DNA of 64,000 bases from Octopus vulgaris (GCA_951406725.2 OX597817.1:49476001-49540000); one strand, 5' to 3'. Numbered from the stretch's first letter, positions 27,513 through 40,650 are shown. The notes: generated by a model from the sequence alone, not told the origin. Made by a program: numbers and translations.

Positions 27513-27931
27513 TATTTCTTTACTACCCACAAGGTGCTAAACACAGAGGGGACAAACAAGGACAGACAAACTGATTAAGTCGATTATATCGACCCCAGTG
27601 CGTAACTGTTATTTATTTAATCGACCTCGAAAGGATGAAAGGCAAAGTCGACCTCGGCGGAATTTGAACTCAGAATGTAGCGGCAGACGAAATACCTTAT
27701 TTCTTTATTACCCACAAGGGGCTAAACACAGAGGGGACGAACAAGGACAGACAAACGGATTAAGTCGATTATATCGACTTCCAATTTGTTAGTGGTTCTT
27801 ATTTAATCGACCCCGAAAGGATGAAAGGCAAAGTCGACTTCGGCGGAATTTGAACTCAGAACGTAACGGCAAACGAAATACCGCTAAGCATTTCGCCTGG
27901 CGTGCTAACGATTCTGCTAGCTCGCCGCCTT
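27513..27931 (-). mobile_element. dimeric family A SINE with ~18-bp TSD
   Basis: Two tandem bodies; ATGAGGATAT(A/G)CAATAAC on both sides. Confidence 0.85.
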
Positions 27932-28684
27932 ATGAGGATATGCAATAACAACAACGACTAATGAGAGATTCATTCACGATTAATCATTAACTGAAACAGC
28001 ATATATATATCCAAATAGGAAGATATCAATGCAGAATGGACGAGAAAAAAAATAATAATAATAAATAATGAAGTCGGCACAGTTGAGAATCGAACTAAAA
28101 ACCTAGAAAGATCAAAATTGAATTATTACGGTAAAACGCCATATCGGTTTTGTTTTCGTTTTTCTCCATGTAAATTTTTTTTCTTTGTGTGTTTCACATC
28201 TTTTATTCTTGTCATTCGTTGCTCAGCATCTCACCACTTTCCCCTCAGCTCTTTTCACTTTATGAACAACCACACAATTAGCATGGCATCTGATTTCTAT
28301 TCGCTTTGCTTGTCCATTTTGCTCGTTCGTTGACACGCGAGAATTTGACACAGTTCCATTGTTTTTTTACACACCCTCACAACAATATCATCTCTTTCCC
28401 TCCCTCCCACTCTTCTTCTTCCTCTTCTTCTTCTCTCTCTATCTTTCTCTCCACCCCCAATCAAACTTTAGACAACAGATTCAATAATCTGATTAATTCT
28501 CTCTGTTAACTCAATGGAACAATAGTTTTAAATGAGATTTTATACACAATCCACCATTTTGCGAATATTTCATCTCTAATTGTATTTTTTTTTTTACCGT
28601 AAAAAGAGGAAATTGAACAGACATCTGTTAACCTGTTCACACAAAAAAACCTACATCTATATCCACATTGGGGTGTGCGTATAC

Positions 28685-28719
<35 letters not shown>

Positions 28720-28720
28720 C

Positions 28721-28774
<54 letters not shown>

Positions 28775-29095
28775 GTGACTAATGTATGTATGTATATATA
28801 TATGCTCAATATGTATATGTATAATATGTATAACTAATGCATAAATATACATGTATATACACACAGTAGATGCATACATATGAGAAACATATATGTATGT
28901 ATATGTATAGGTACATGTGTTTGTGTGTGTATGTGTGTGCATATGTGTGTGCATGCCAGTGTGAGTGTGTGTGTATGTGTGAATGTGTGCGTGCGTGTGT
29001 ATGTGTGTGTGTGTATGTGTGTGTGTGCAGTCGTGGCCGTGTGGTAACATGCTTGCTTCCCATCCACAGGGTTCCGAGTTCATTTACATATATAC

Positions 29096-29181
<86 letters not shown>

Positions 29182-29242
29182 ATGTATATATATATATATA
29201 TGTATGTATATATATATATGTGTGTGTGTGTGTTTGTGTGCG

Positions 29243-29311
<69 letters not shown>

Positions 29312-29402
29312 GTGTAATTAAATAATGAGGGTAGAAATTACTATTAATCAATTAAAACCAGTAGCTTAGCATATTTAAAAATCCGAAGATTAAAAATTAT
29401 AT

Positions 29403-30100
<698 letters not shown>

Positions 30101-30114
30101 TATACATATAGTTG

Positions 30115-30237
30115 AAATTTCTATAAAAACAAAAGACGAAGACAGATGTATGAAGAACAAACAAGTGTATTAGTCTAACGTTCGGGGAAAATGAAAAAGT
30201 CTTTTAAGTTTCGAGCCTACGCTATTCATCGGCTGCA
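30115..30237 (-). mobile_element. Penelope-like terminal fragment with degenerate hammerhead (30199-30237)
   Basis: Minus CCGATGA-A-TAGC gtag GCTC-GAAACTTA; same family as 16675. Confidence 0.55.
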
Positions 30238-30496
30238 AATCCGTGTAACATCGCCTGTAACGCGGAAGAAAGGAAGATAAACAAGTAGAGGAGCCTGTGT
30301 GTGTCAGTCGCCGTCGATACCTCAGATATCACGGGCTTTCGCGTAGTGAGACGCAAACCAAAACCACGTATTCGGGAAATGAAAATAAGCACACAGCTAT
30401 GCTTCATACAATTCTATGTTTATGAGATGGGGAATTATGTATATTATTTACATTATTTACATTTGACGGATATTTGTCCTCATCTTGTTTGTTGTT

Positions 30497-30542
30497 AACA
30501 CAACGTTTCGGCTGATATACCCTCCAGTTTTCATCAGGTGTT
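30497..30542 (-). ncRNA. minimal type I hammerhead ribozyme motif
   Basis: AACAC-CTGATGA-AAACTG..CAGCC-GAAA-CG-TT-GTGTT. Perfect 5-bp stem I, palindromic AACGTT stem III, two mismatches in stem II. Confidence 0.75.
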
Positions 30543-30608
30543 TTGGGGAAATTTCGAACCTGGGTCCTCATTCCTAAGGTATTTTTCGATGCTGCTGTTG
30601 TTATTATA

Positions 30609-30674
<66 letters not shown>

Positions 30675-30678
<4 letters not shown>

Positions 30679-30753
30679 TCACTGCCTGGGATCGAACTCG
30701 GAATCTTGGGGTTAGTAGCACGCGCTCTTAGCCACTACGCCATATGCCCGTGA
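30675..30753 (-). promoter_or_regulatory. tRNA-derived head with internal Pol III A and B boxes
   Basis: A box TGGCGTAGTGG (30733-30743), B box GAGTTCGATCC (30689-30699). Confidence 0.75.
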
Positions 30754-30755
30754 CT

Positions 30756-30842
<87 letters not shown>

Positions 30843-30901
30843 GCAACAATAACGTTGAAAAATACCTTAGGAATGAGAAACCAGGTTCGAAATTTCCGCA
30901 A

Positions 30902-30947
30902 GCCACCTGATGAAGGCTGGAGGGTATATCAGCCGAAACGTTGTGTT
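30902..30947 (+). ncRNA. minimal type I hammerhead ribozyme motif
   Basis: GCCAC-CTGATGA-A-GGCTG gagggtatat CAGCC-GAAA-CG-TT-GTGTT. Perfect 5-bp stem II, stem I CAC/GTG. Confidence 0.8.
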
Positions 30948-31478
30948 AACAACAATCAAGATGAGAGCAAATATCCGTCAAATGTAAATAATGTAAACAA
31001 TGTACAACTATGCTCAGTAATTTTGGCGGAAAATAGATTTTATCTTTCTCAGGTTGACAATATTTATATTGCTATTGCATCATAATCTTAACAAGAACAT
31101 AATGGCATCATGTGATGCCAAGTAAGTTGTTTGTGTCAATATCTAATTTAGAGGAATGCGACCCGGACTTAACTAATAGAATAACTTTGTCTGCATATTC
31201 GGAAACGATAAGTTTTACACGATGTAAAAATCCTGTTTAGACAATGGAAGGTTAAAGTTTGGAAATTTATCTGTTTATTATTTTTATTTATTTGTCATTA
31301 GATTGCGGCCATGCTGGATCATCGCTTTGAATGATTTAGTCGAACAAATCAACACCAGGACTTATTTTGTCTTTAAGTCTGGTACTTACTGTATTAGTCG
31401 CTTTTAGTTAAGTTACGGGGATGTGAACAAACCAGCACCGGTTGTCAGTCACAAAGACCACATACACACATACATACA

Positions 31479-31785
31479 TTATGGCTGCCCCCTCGTTACC
31501 GAGTATGACCATTGCACGAAGCTTAACTGTTACTGGTGCCGTGATCGAATGTGACTTTTTAGCCCAGCTAAAGATCTACAATGTCTTGTACAAAATTGGC
31601 AACTAAAACCTTTACCGGTAATAGCCGGCTGTAGTTGTAACTGGGCTTCATGTACCTTTGCATGTCGTTTAAGTCTTCCTGCCGAATTACACTCTCTTCC
31701 ACATGCCCGACAGATATGATTAGTATGGTGTGTTACACCACCACCAGTGGCCAGGTTGTCACTCATCTGTCTCGTTTTATGACAT
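31479..31785 (-). mobile_element. 3' end of an RTE-like LINE encoding two C2H2 zinc fingers
   Basis: CRACGRECNSAGRLKRHAKVH and CQFCTRHCRSLAGLKSHIRSRH, then stop and a short 3'UTR with hairpin CTCG gtaa CGAG; embedded in a (TACA)n tract. Confidence 0.6.
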
Positions 31786-31945
31786 ACGTACATACATACA
31801 TACATATATACATACATACATACATACATACACACACACATACATACATACATACATACATACATACATACATACATACACACACACACATACATACATA
31901 CAAGCACATACATACATACACACACACATACATGCATACACACAC

Positions 31946-31978
<33 letters not shown>

Positions 31979-32419
31979 CATACACAAATACATACTACAT
32001 ACATACATACATACATACATACATACATACATACATACATACATACATACATACATACATACATACATACATGCATACATGCATACTGTGAGGGCGCGTG
32101 GCTCACTTATTTGAGTGTCGGGATCACAATCATGACGTGTGAGTTTGATTCCTGAACCGGGCTGTGTTTTGCTCTTGAGCAAGACACTTCATTTCACGTT
32201 GCCAAGCTGCATCGGCCTTTGCCTTTCCTTTGGATAACATTGGTGACGTGGACAGGGGAGGTTGGTATGCATTGGCGACTGCTGGTCTTCCGTAAACAAT
32301 CTTGCCCGGACTTGTGCCTCGGAGGGGAACTTTCTAGGTGCAATCCCATGGTCATTCACGACCGAAGGGATCTTTACCCTTTTTTACATACACACACACA
32401 CACACACACACATTCATTT

Positions 32420-32900
32420 CAAAGAATGTTCGCAATCTAGCCCTCCGATATCATCAGCTTACACACTAAGATCTAGTTCTACAATATCAACAGCGATATG
32501 GCAGTGAGACACGGGAGAGGCCGTGGAAATCCACAGAAAGCTCTCGATGCTAGAGAAAGATTCTGAGACCGTACTGACAAGATCACTTGACCAGTGTAAA
32601 CCTTCAAAAGAGGACCAACACAAGACCAGTTAGTGAAAGCATCACAGATCAAAAGTTAAAACTAGAAGGCCACATACTCTGGTAACCAGAATAACACCAT
32701 TCTAAAACAACTTTCTAAAGCACACCATCAGAGGAGAAAAGAAACAGAAGACAGAAAACCACAGCGTTCAAACATTCATAGCCGACATAAAGTGAACCAT
32801 ATTACATGAACGGATTCAAAGAAAACCACAGCCAATAGAAACCAGCGACGTCAACTTGCTGGACAATGTACTCGACAGCACACGAGGAACGGATACTGAC
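32420..32900 (+). pseudogene. decayed RTE-clade LINE 3' end
   Basis: Peptides YGSET, RTNTRPVSESITDQKLKLEGHIL and ANRNQRRQLAGQC. Confidence 0.7.
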
Positions 32901-32911
32901 ACACGCACACA

Positions 32912-32981
<70 letters not shown>

Positions 32982-33109
32982 GATATACAATATGGAACAA
33001 GAACGCAAAACACCCAGATAGACGATACATGTATATATATATATATCATGTATACATGTATATATTTTATATGCATATATATATATGTATCATATATATT
33101 GCCCAAACG

Positions 33110-33395
33110 TCCTGAACATTAGTCTGAAGGTTCAGCCAAGGCTGGGACCACGGAACATATGTCCCCTGTCAAATTCAGGATCACAACATATAGGTACACT
33201 GTGATACAACTTATTTTCCTCAACAGGCCCTGCCCTGTTTAGCATTGTCCCAAAAATGATCAAAGAGGAAAAGGATCCCATCACCTTTAAACGGAGTCTG
33301 GACAGATTTCTTCAAGGAATACCAGACAAGCCACCCATACCTGGTTACCACTCACTCAACAAAAACTCACTACTTGAATGGACCATAATACCACA
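33110..33395 (+). pseudogene. CR1-like LINE ORF2 extreme C-terminus
   Basis: GPALFSIVPKMIKEEKDPITFKRSLDRFLQGIPDKP. Confidence 0.75.
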
Positions 33396-33725
33396 AATTG
33401 GCAGCAGTATTCGAGGTGGGGCCTAGCGAATGTGAAGAAGAGAAGAAGTATGATGGTTTCATGATCCCTAGATTGGGAAGTTCTGAGGATCTATGAGCTC
33501 ATTCTTCAGGCAACATCGACTTTGTTGATGTGCACACTCCAGCTAAGGCTGCTTTCGACAGTTACGCCTAAGTCTCTGATATTATCGATGGTCCAAGTAG
33601 GTCTCCCGACGGCAGTGTATATGGTTGTTTGAGTGAGCTCTCTCTTTCAAAGTGGATGAGCTCAAATTTTTCTTCGTTCAACTCCATATTATTTTTTTGT
33701 GCCCACTGGGTCACTGCGCATAATA
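33390..33725 (-). pseudogene. CR1-like LINE RT C-terminal fragment
   Basis: QWAQKNNMELNEEKFELIHF, IRDLGVTVESSLSWSVHIN and RPHLEYCC. Confidence 0.85.
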
Positions 33726-33775
33726 TATCTACATGTATCATATATATATCACATATATATATCATATATATATGT

Positions 33776-33850
<75 letters not shown>

Positions 33851-34158
33851 ATCGACTGAACATCGAATGATGTCACCTCACTGGCTAGGCGGTAGCATTC
33901 CCTTTGATAGGGGCGGGGGGTTAGTCCGTCGCAGGGTGACCCGTTTACAGGTGAGGAGACTGGAGCAACGAGAAGTGAAGTGTTTTGCTCAAGAACAAAA
34001 CTGGCCGCCCTGTACGGGAATCGAATCTGCGATCTAGCGATCGCGAGTTGAACAGATTACCCATGAGGCCACGGATTATATCGACCCCAGTGCGTAACTG
34101 GTACTTATCTAATCGACCCCGAAAGGATGAAAGGCAAAGTCGACCTCAGCGGAATATA

Positions 34159-34234
<76 letters not shown>

Positions 34235-35012
34235 GCGGGCTTCTACAAAGGTTCCGTCGACTAAATTCACTTGCAACACATTAGTTAGCCGAAGATATAG
34301 TATAAGGAACTTGCCTGAGATACCGTGCTGTGAGATTGAACCCTAAACCATGTATAGTCGCAAAGCGATCTTCTTAACCATACAGCTGTAGCTTCACCTC
34401 CGAAGCTAAAGGTTTTGCTTGCATCACGTATAATACAAAAACTTCGAATTTTGCTTTAAATTATCATATTTTTCTTTATTTCTCTCTACTGTAGAAATCG
34501 ATGCTTTCTCAGACCAAATACATCAGTTTCATGGCTTTCAATAGTAGATCTGCGTTAAGTATGATATACTAAATGCAATTTTAAATTAATACTTCTTCCA
34601 TCGCTTATAACGAATTTTTATCCAGCCTAAAATGTAATGTTTGTTTGAAGAAAAATCCTTTTCAAATCTATTTTATTTTCTAAATACTAGAAAATATGTT
34701 TGCTTGTTTGTTTGGGGAAGAGAGAGAGAGAGAGGAAGAAAGAGATGGAGAGAGAGAGAGAATAATTTGTCTTATGGTAATGAAAAGAAAAAAACAGAAC
34801 GGCAAGAGAAATGAGGACAGTTCTTTGTGGAGGCAAAACGTGATATTCTATAGTTTTATGCTAGTCGTACAAAGTTGATGTACTTTATCGAATTACGTAT
34901 AGCGAGTGAACTATTTCGCAGTGACTCATCGCTCGTACGCGACACCACCATGTCATCTTTCAATGTTGACTGATTGTAACTGTTATTGGATGAAACAGTA
35001 GTGACAGTAGCT

Positions 35013-35330
<318 letters not shown>

Positions 35331-35672
35331 TTGTCTCTCTATCTGTATACACGTACGTCTGTTTGTCCCTATCTATCAGTGTACCTGTTTGTCTGTCAAT
35401 CTATATATCTCTGGTTTTCAAACATTTCTTTTGTTTGGCCTATGGACTCCCTCCGATTCTTATTTTACTTTACTAGACCCCATGTTTGAAAAATCCTATT
35501 AAATTCCTATAAGTATTATTAGGAACTGTACTTAAAAAATTGTTTAAGCATTTTGTGCATTGTGGAAGTAAAACCGATTTATTGTTCATAAACTTTTACA
35601 ACAAATTTTTATTTGGACTCCCTACGATCATATGGAAACTAAAAAAGAACCATTTATCTATCTATCTATCTT

Positions 35673-35733
<61 letters not shown>

Positions 35734-35753
35734 TTGTCTGCCTGTCTGTCTAT

Positions 35754-35870
35754 ATTTACAGCCATATCACGTTGAAAGCACCGATTCTCGTCCCATCACC
35801 GAAGTAATCAACGTCGAGCCTAGTTAGTACTTAGATGGGTGACCGCTTGGGAAACCCAAGTGCTGTAAAC
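35754..35870 (+). pseudogene. dispersed 5S rRNA copy, probably a pseudogene
   Basis: GCCATATCACGTTGAAAGCACCG...AGTACTTAGATGGGTGACCGCTTGGGAA. Helix I TTTACAGC/GCTGTAAA; T5 at 35872-35876; altered A-box region. Confidence 0.85.
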
Positions 35871-36142
35871 GTTTTTAAATAGGTGCAGGAGTGGCTCTGT
35901 GGTAAGTAGCTTGTCTGTGTTTGTCTCCCCAACATCGCTTGACAACCGCTGCTTGGTGTGTTTACGTCCCCGTAACATAGTGGTTCGGCAAAAGAGAAAA
36001 AATAAAATAAGTACTAGGCTTACAGAGAATAAGACCTGGGATCGATTTGCTCGACTAAAGGCGGTGCTCCAGCGTGGCCGCAGTCAAATTATTGAAACAA
36101 ATAAAAGAATAAAAGAAATATATATATATATATATATATATA

Positions 36143-36333
36143 TAGATCGCTAGCCACTACACATTCTTTATTTTCTCTCCGTGTTTCTTTCTGTCTTCCT
36201 TTCTGTGGAAGAGCGTAGGCTCGAAACGTTAAAAACTCGTTCACTTCCCGAGCGCTAAACCAATATATCTGTTTCTTGTCTACACCACCTGTTTTCGACT
36301 TTTGTTTTCTTTTTTTTTTTTTTTGTAAATTCT
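36143..36333 (+). mobile_element. Penelope-like terminal fragment with degenerate hammerhead (36198-36235)
   Basis: CTGTGGA-A-GAGC gtag GCTC-GAAA-CG-TT; same family as 16675. Confidence 0.6.
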
Positions 36334-36386
36334 ATGTGCCTGGAAAAAACATGGGTTACATGGAAAAATGCGAGCAAAAACATGGG

Positions 36387-37449
36387 TTACATGGAAAAAT
36401 GCGAGCAAGAGAAATAATAATATTTTTAAAATTATTAATCTGGAAAAGTACAGGACAAGTTATTACACTTCGGAAAGTTCAGGACAAGTTATTACATCTG
36501 GTAGAGTACAGAACAATAAAATCTTTACTTAAAATATTGCAGCTAAGGATAAAATTTGAATATTAAAAATTATTTGATTTTAATTTACAAAGTAACATTA
36601 TAATTAAAAAAGGTACCATTATTTTGCTAACATATTGACACACTAGAATACTTAAAAAATGAGAACCAAAAGTACCAATATAGCTAAAGTTTTATGCAAC
36701 GTAGAATAGTATATATGATAGGCAAATCCATTATGTAAAAAATAGGTATTGGGTCAAGATTAAAAACGTGAAGACTTGGCAATAACTTACGCAATAACTC
36801 AAGCAAATTTTACTGTGAATTTGTTGTTATAGGTAGATTTTACTGCAATATATAACTAATTTTTGTATAATTCTATTTATTGTACTAACTAATTATGTAC
36901 TACTATTATTTTTAATAATCTATTTTCAAATTTCTAATTATTAATTATGGAGATGTACTTGCATAGCAAGTGACCTCATCTGAGTAAGGTGTCTATAATC
37001 CATTTAAGAAGCACACAAAAACCGTTAGATTCACTTCAACATTTAACTTTAATTTACCAAAATATTTTCGTCGCTTTGAGACCGCGACCCGTTCACTGAC
37101 AAAATTCGTGCTGCATTAATAATTATTAATTAATGATTTTAAAAATGCATTATTTTTTTGAAGTGCAAAATATCTTTTGTCATTTTTAATTTTTCATAGA
37201 CGCAACAAGTAATAACAAATAGAAGTAATAAATCGTAATAAAATTTTTTGTTTTAATAAAAGTTAATATTTTCTAAATCTAAATATTTTATTTGAAATTT
37301 TATCCTTTGCGGTAATATTTTAAGTAAAAATTTTCTTGTTCTGTACTTTACTTGTCCTGAACTTTTCCAAGTGTAATAACTTGTCCTATAATTTCCCAGG
37401 TTTATAATCTTAAGAATATTATTTCTCTCGCTCGCATTTTCCCATGTAA
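36387..37449. mobile_element. ~1.06 kb AT-rich foldback/MITE with ~190-bp imperfect TIRs
   Basis: TTACATGGAAAAATGCGAGC... mirrored by ...GCTCGCATTTTCCCATGTAA; 31-bp tandem duplication at 36345-36406. Confidence 0.75.
37053..37103 (-). ncRNA. minimal hammerhead variant with G3-C8 core
   Basis: TTTGTCA-GTGAACG-G-GTCGC ggtctcaaa GCGAC-GAAA-ATAT-TT-TGGTAAA. Confidence 0.6.
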
Positions 37450-37622
37450 TATATATATATATATATTCAATAGTTAACACAATAAAGTTCTTATAAGATA
37501 AGAATTTAGGGATATATTCCGTTGGATAATTCTGAATATATTACTTTAACCATAGTGCGTAACTGGTACTTATTTAATTGGCCCCGGAAGGATGAAAGGC
37601 AAAATCAACCTCGGCGTAATTT

Positions 37623-37675
<53 letters not shown>

Positions 37676-37832
37676 AACAACAACAACAGCAACAACAATA
37701 ACAATAATAATGAAATAATAATGTTAATCGTTAATCCAAACATGAAAACACAAAGAGAAAACACAACAACGCGAGGATGTGGAACAAGTATAGTGTTACT
37801 GGACGGTCAGGAAAGGAAAGAAAGAAGGAGAA

Positions 37833-37865
37833 TTTAATGTTTCGAGCGGAGCTCTTCGTCAGAAA
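37833..37865 (-). ncRNA. minimal hammerhead motif with canonical core
   Basis: TTT-CTGACGA-A-GAGC tcc GCTC-GAAA-CA-TT-AAA, inside a Penelope-like fragment at ~37720-37940. Confidence 0.65.
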
Positions 37866-37968
37866 CATAGGAAAAGCAAAGATCCAAGGACGGGAAGACG
37901 GAGGAAAGAAATCGCCAACGATACACACGCGGTACATATTGAATATATATATATATCTGAGATTTATC

Positions 37969-38013
<45 letters not shown>

Positions 38014-38110
38014 AACATTTAAATAATGAAGGAGATAAATTGAATATTAATTTAATTAATATCAATTTAAAACCAGTAGCCTAGCATATAAAAATCTGAA
38101 AAATCAGAGA

Positions 38111-38148
<38 letters not shown>

Positions 38149-38700
38149 TATATATGTATATATATATGTATGTATGTATGTATATATATACATATATATA
38201 TATATGCACCAATATATATGTATATATATATATATATATCACGTGATCACGTGACCGACCAGACCATCAGATGTTTTTACACATCGCATGTCACAATGCG
38301 TTCGCATTGTTTTAGCCTTCAAATGACGCCACCCCGCGAGCAGGCCATATATATATATATATATACAGCTTTGCATTGACCTACATATGTTTCAACTGCA
38401 CCGATTAGTAACCCTGGCAATTGCAACCCTGCTATAATACCGGTGCAGTTTCTTCTGGGTCCTCACTTAATATCCTTCAATAGGCTTCCACATAGTTTAT
38501 GTCGAACAAATTTACTCACAAGTCATTAGTCGACTCGGGACAGTTGTAGAAGACTCTTACCTAAGGTGCCACACAGTGAGACTGAACCCGAAACCCCGTG
38601 GTCACAGAACAAGCCTTTTAACCTCACGACCAAGTTTGAAAGTAGAGATCAATAACTCCTTTTTGCAATAGCTCATTTTCAATTTCTTCACATTTGTCTA

Positions 38701-38985
38701 TCCTTCTCGAGCCACACCTGGCTCGTAAGGGCCGGTTTCCCGGTTTCCTTGGCGTATAGGATCCCCACCTGGACGGGACGCCGGTCCGTCGCAGGTGAGC
38801 TGCAAGATGCAGGAGGAAAGAGTGCGAGAATGTTGTGGCGAAAGAATCAGCAGAAGTTCGCCATTACCTTCAGCCGGAGCCGGTGTTTCGCTCATAAACA
38901 CTTCACATCGCTCGGTCTGAGATTCCAACCCACGATCCCTCGACCGCGAGTCCGTTCCTCTATCCGCTAGGCCATGTGCCTCCAC
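38701..38985 (-). mobile_element. SINE head C-like + tail 2 with 11-bp TSD
   Basis: ACATTTGTCTA on both sides; tail GACGGACCGGCGTCCCGTCC...GGCTCGAGAAGGA. Related copies at 46209 and 57730. Confidence 0.88.
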
Positions 38986-39097
38986 TACATTTGTCTATGG
39001 CCTACGTATGCATTATATCATATCTTACATATGAAATTATACCCTATTATTTCACCCTTATATTAGCAACATTCCAAGCTGTCACGCAGCGCATTAC

Positions 39098-39478
39098 TTA
39101 GACTGTGACTTGGGTGCCCATGCGTTGGGTAGGCGACGCATATGTTAGTCAAAGAAATTCATTTGAATCTGCCAGGAGTCACTCTCTGTGCTTCGTTCCC
39201 TGGTAGATTAACAAGCCGAAGGTCTCTGTCGTGAGTCCTCTGCCAGATCATCTTGGAACGTCCTCTGCGCCGTTGCCACTGAGGGTTCCACTTAAGGACT
39301 TAAATGGCCAGTCTGTACGTCTGGAGACTCGTAATATGCCCCAGCTAACTCAGTCGGCGCTTGAAGATAGTGATGGACCCTTGCAGATAGTGATGGACTC
39401 TTGCAGATAGTGATGGACTCTTGGCATTGGTCTACTCTTCTTCTGACTTCCTTGTTGCTGATAAAGTTGTTTCATGAA
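39098..39478 (-). pseudogene. RTE-clade LINE 3' end (same family as 54580)
   Basis: LGHITSL..VLKWNPQWQRRRGRSKMIWQRTHDRDL; includes a 20-bp x3 tandem at 39361-39423. Confidence 0.8.
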
Positions 39479-39512
39479 TTAATAAATTAGTTAGTTAATG
39501 TGCAGTACGTGT

Positions 39513-39943
39513 GTCATTGTTCAGTCTTAATTCAAGATTTCTTGCCAATAGAGAAAGAGTCGGTTTCTAACTTAGATCCATGGCTCCTTCATTGGAATTT
39601 CAACATCAACAACAGAGTATTTTTGTATGTATGTATGTATGTATGTATGTATGTATGTATATATGTATGTATGTATGTATGTGTGTATGTATGTTTGTAT
39701 GCATGCATGCATGTATGTATTATGTATGCATGCATGTATGTATGTATGTATGTATGTATGTATGTATGTATTATGTATGTATGTATGTATGTATGCATGT
39801 ATGCATGTATGTATGTATGTATGTATGTATGTATGTATGTATGCATGTATGCATGTATGTATGTATGTATGTATGTATGTATGTATGTATGTATGCATGC
39901 ATGCATGCATGTATGTATGTATGTATGTATGTATGTATGTATG

Positions 39944-39974
<31 letters not shown>

Positions 39975-40265
39975 TTGTTCAGTTTTATTTCAAGATTTCT
40001 TGCCAAAAGAGAAAGAGCCGGTTTCTTACCTAGGGTCCATGGCTACTTCATTGGAATTTCAACATCAACAACAGGGTATTTTTGTTTGTATGTATGTATG
40101 TATGTATGTATGTATGTATGTATGTATGTATGTATGCATGTATGTATGTATGCATGTATGCATGTATGTATGTATGTATGTATGTATGTATGTATGTATG
40201 TATGTATGTATGTGATTGTTCAGTTTTATTTCAAGATTTCTTGCCAATAGAGAAAAAACCGGTTA
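39513..40265. repeat. ~112-bp unit repeated ~2.5 times, spaced by (TATG)n
   Basis: Units at 39513-39624, 39973-40083 and 40214-40265 (partial). Confidence 0.85.
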
Positions 40266-40439
40266 TATGCAATATGGGTTTTAGCCAACGATTGGAAGGT
40301 ATAAGTAGAAAATAGATCTACATGGTTTGCTCAGCTGACCACTTGTATGTCATAAGACTACTCTATCAGATATGATATGGATTTACTCCATAACAATAAA
40401 TGCAAAGTACACGCGCTCACACATACATGTACTAAATGA

Positions 40440-40650
40440 AGTAGCATCATGCATACCGATCCTCTTCCTGTGCGCACTCACAAGAGTTTTCGAAAAGCTC
40501 ATCCTTGATATCGTCAACCCACGCATTCCTCTTTGAATATCCCGAAATGGAGTGCAACACGTAACTACTACACCACTCACGGACGTAATACATGATATAT
40601 TCAACAACAACAAAACATCCTGCACTTACTACTCAGACTATTATCAGCAT
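40440..40650 (+). pseudogene. decayed LINE RT N-terminal fragment
   Basis: PILFLCALTRVFEKLILDIVNPRIP resembles RPISLL..LSKVFEKLI. Confidence 0.5.

Larger units (their letters stand above)
30411..31006 (-). mobile_element. palindromic tRNA-head + (AAT)n + hammerhead element (candidate Penelope-mobilised SINE)
   Basis: Arms 30438-30682 and 30750-31006 are reverse complements, including their microsatellites. The loop is a tRNA-like head and each arm has a hammerhead. Confidence 0.8.
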
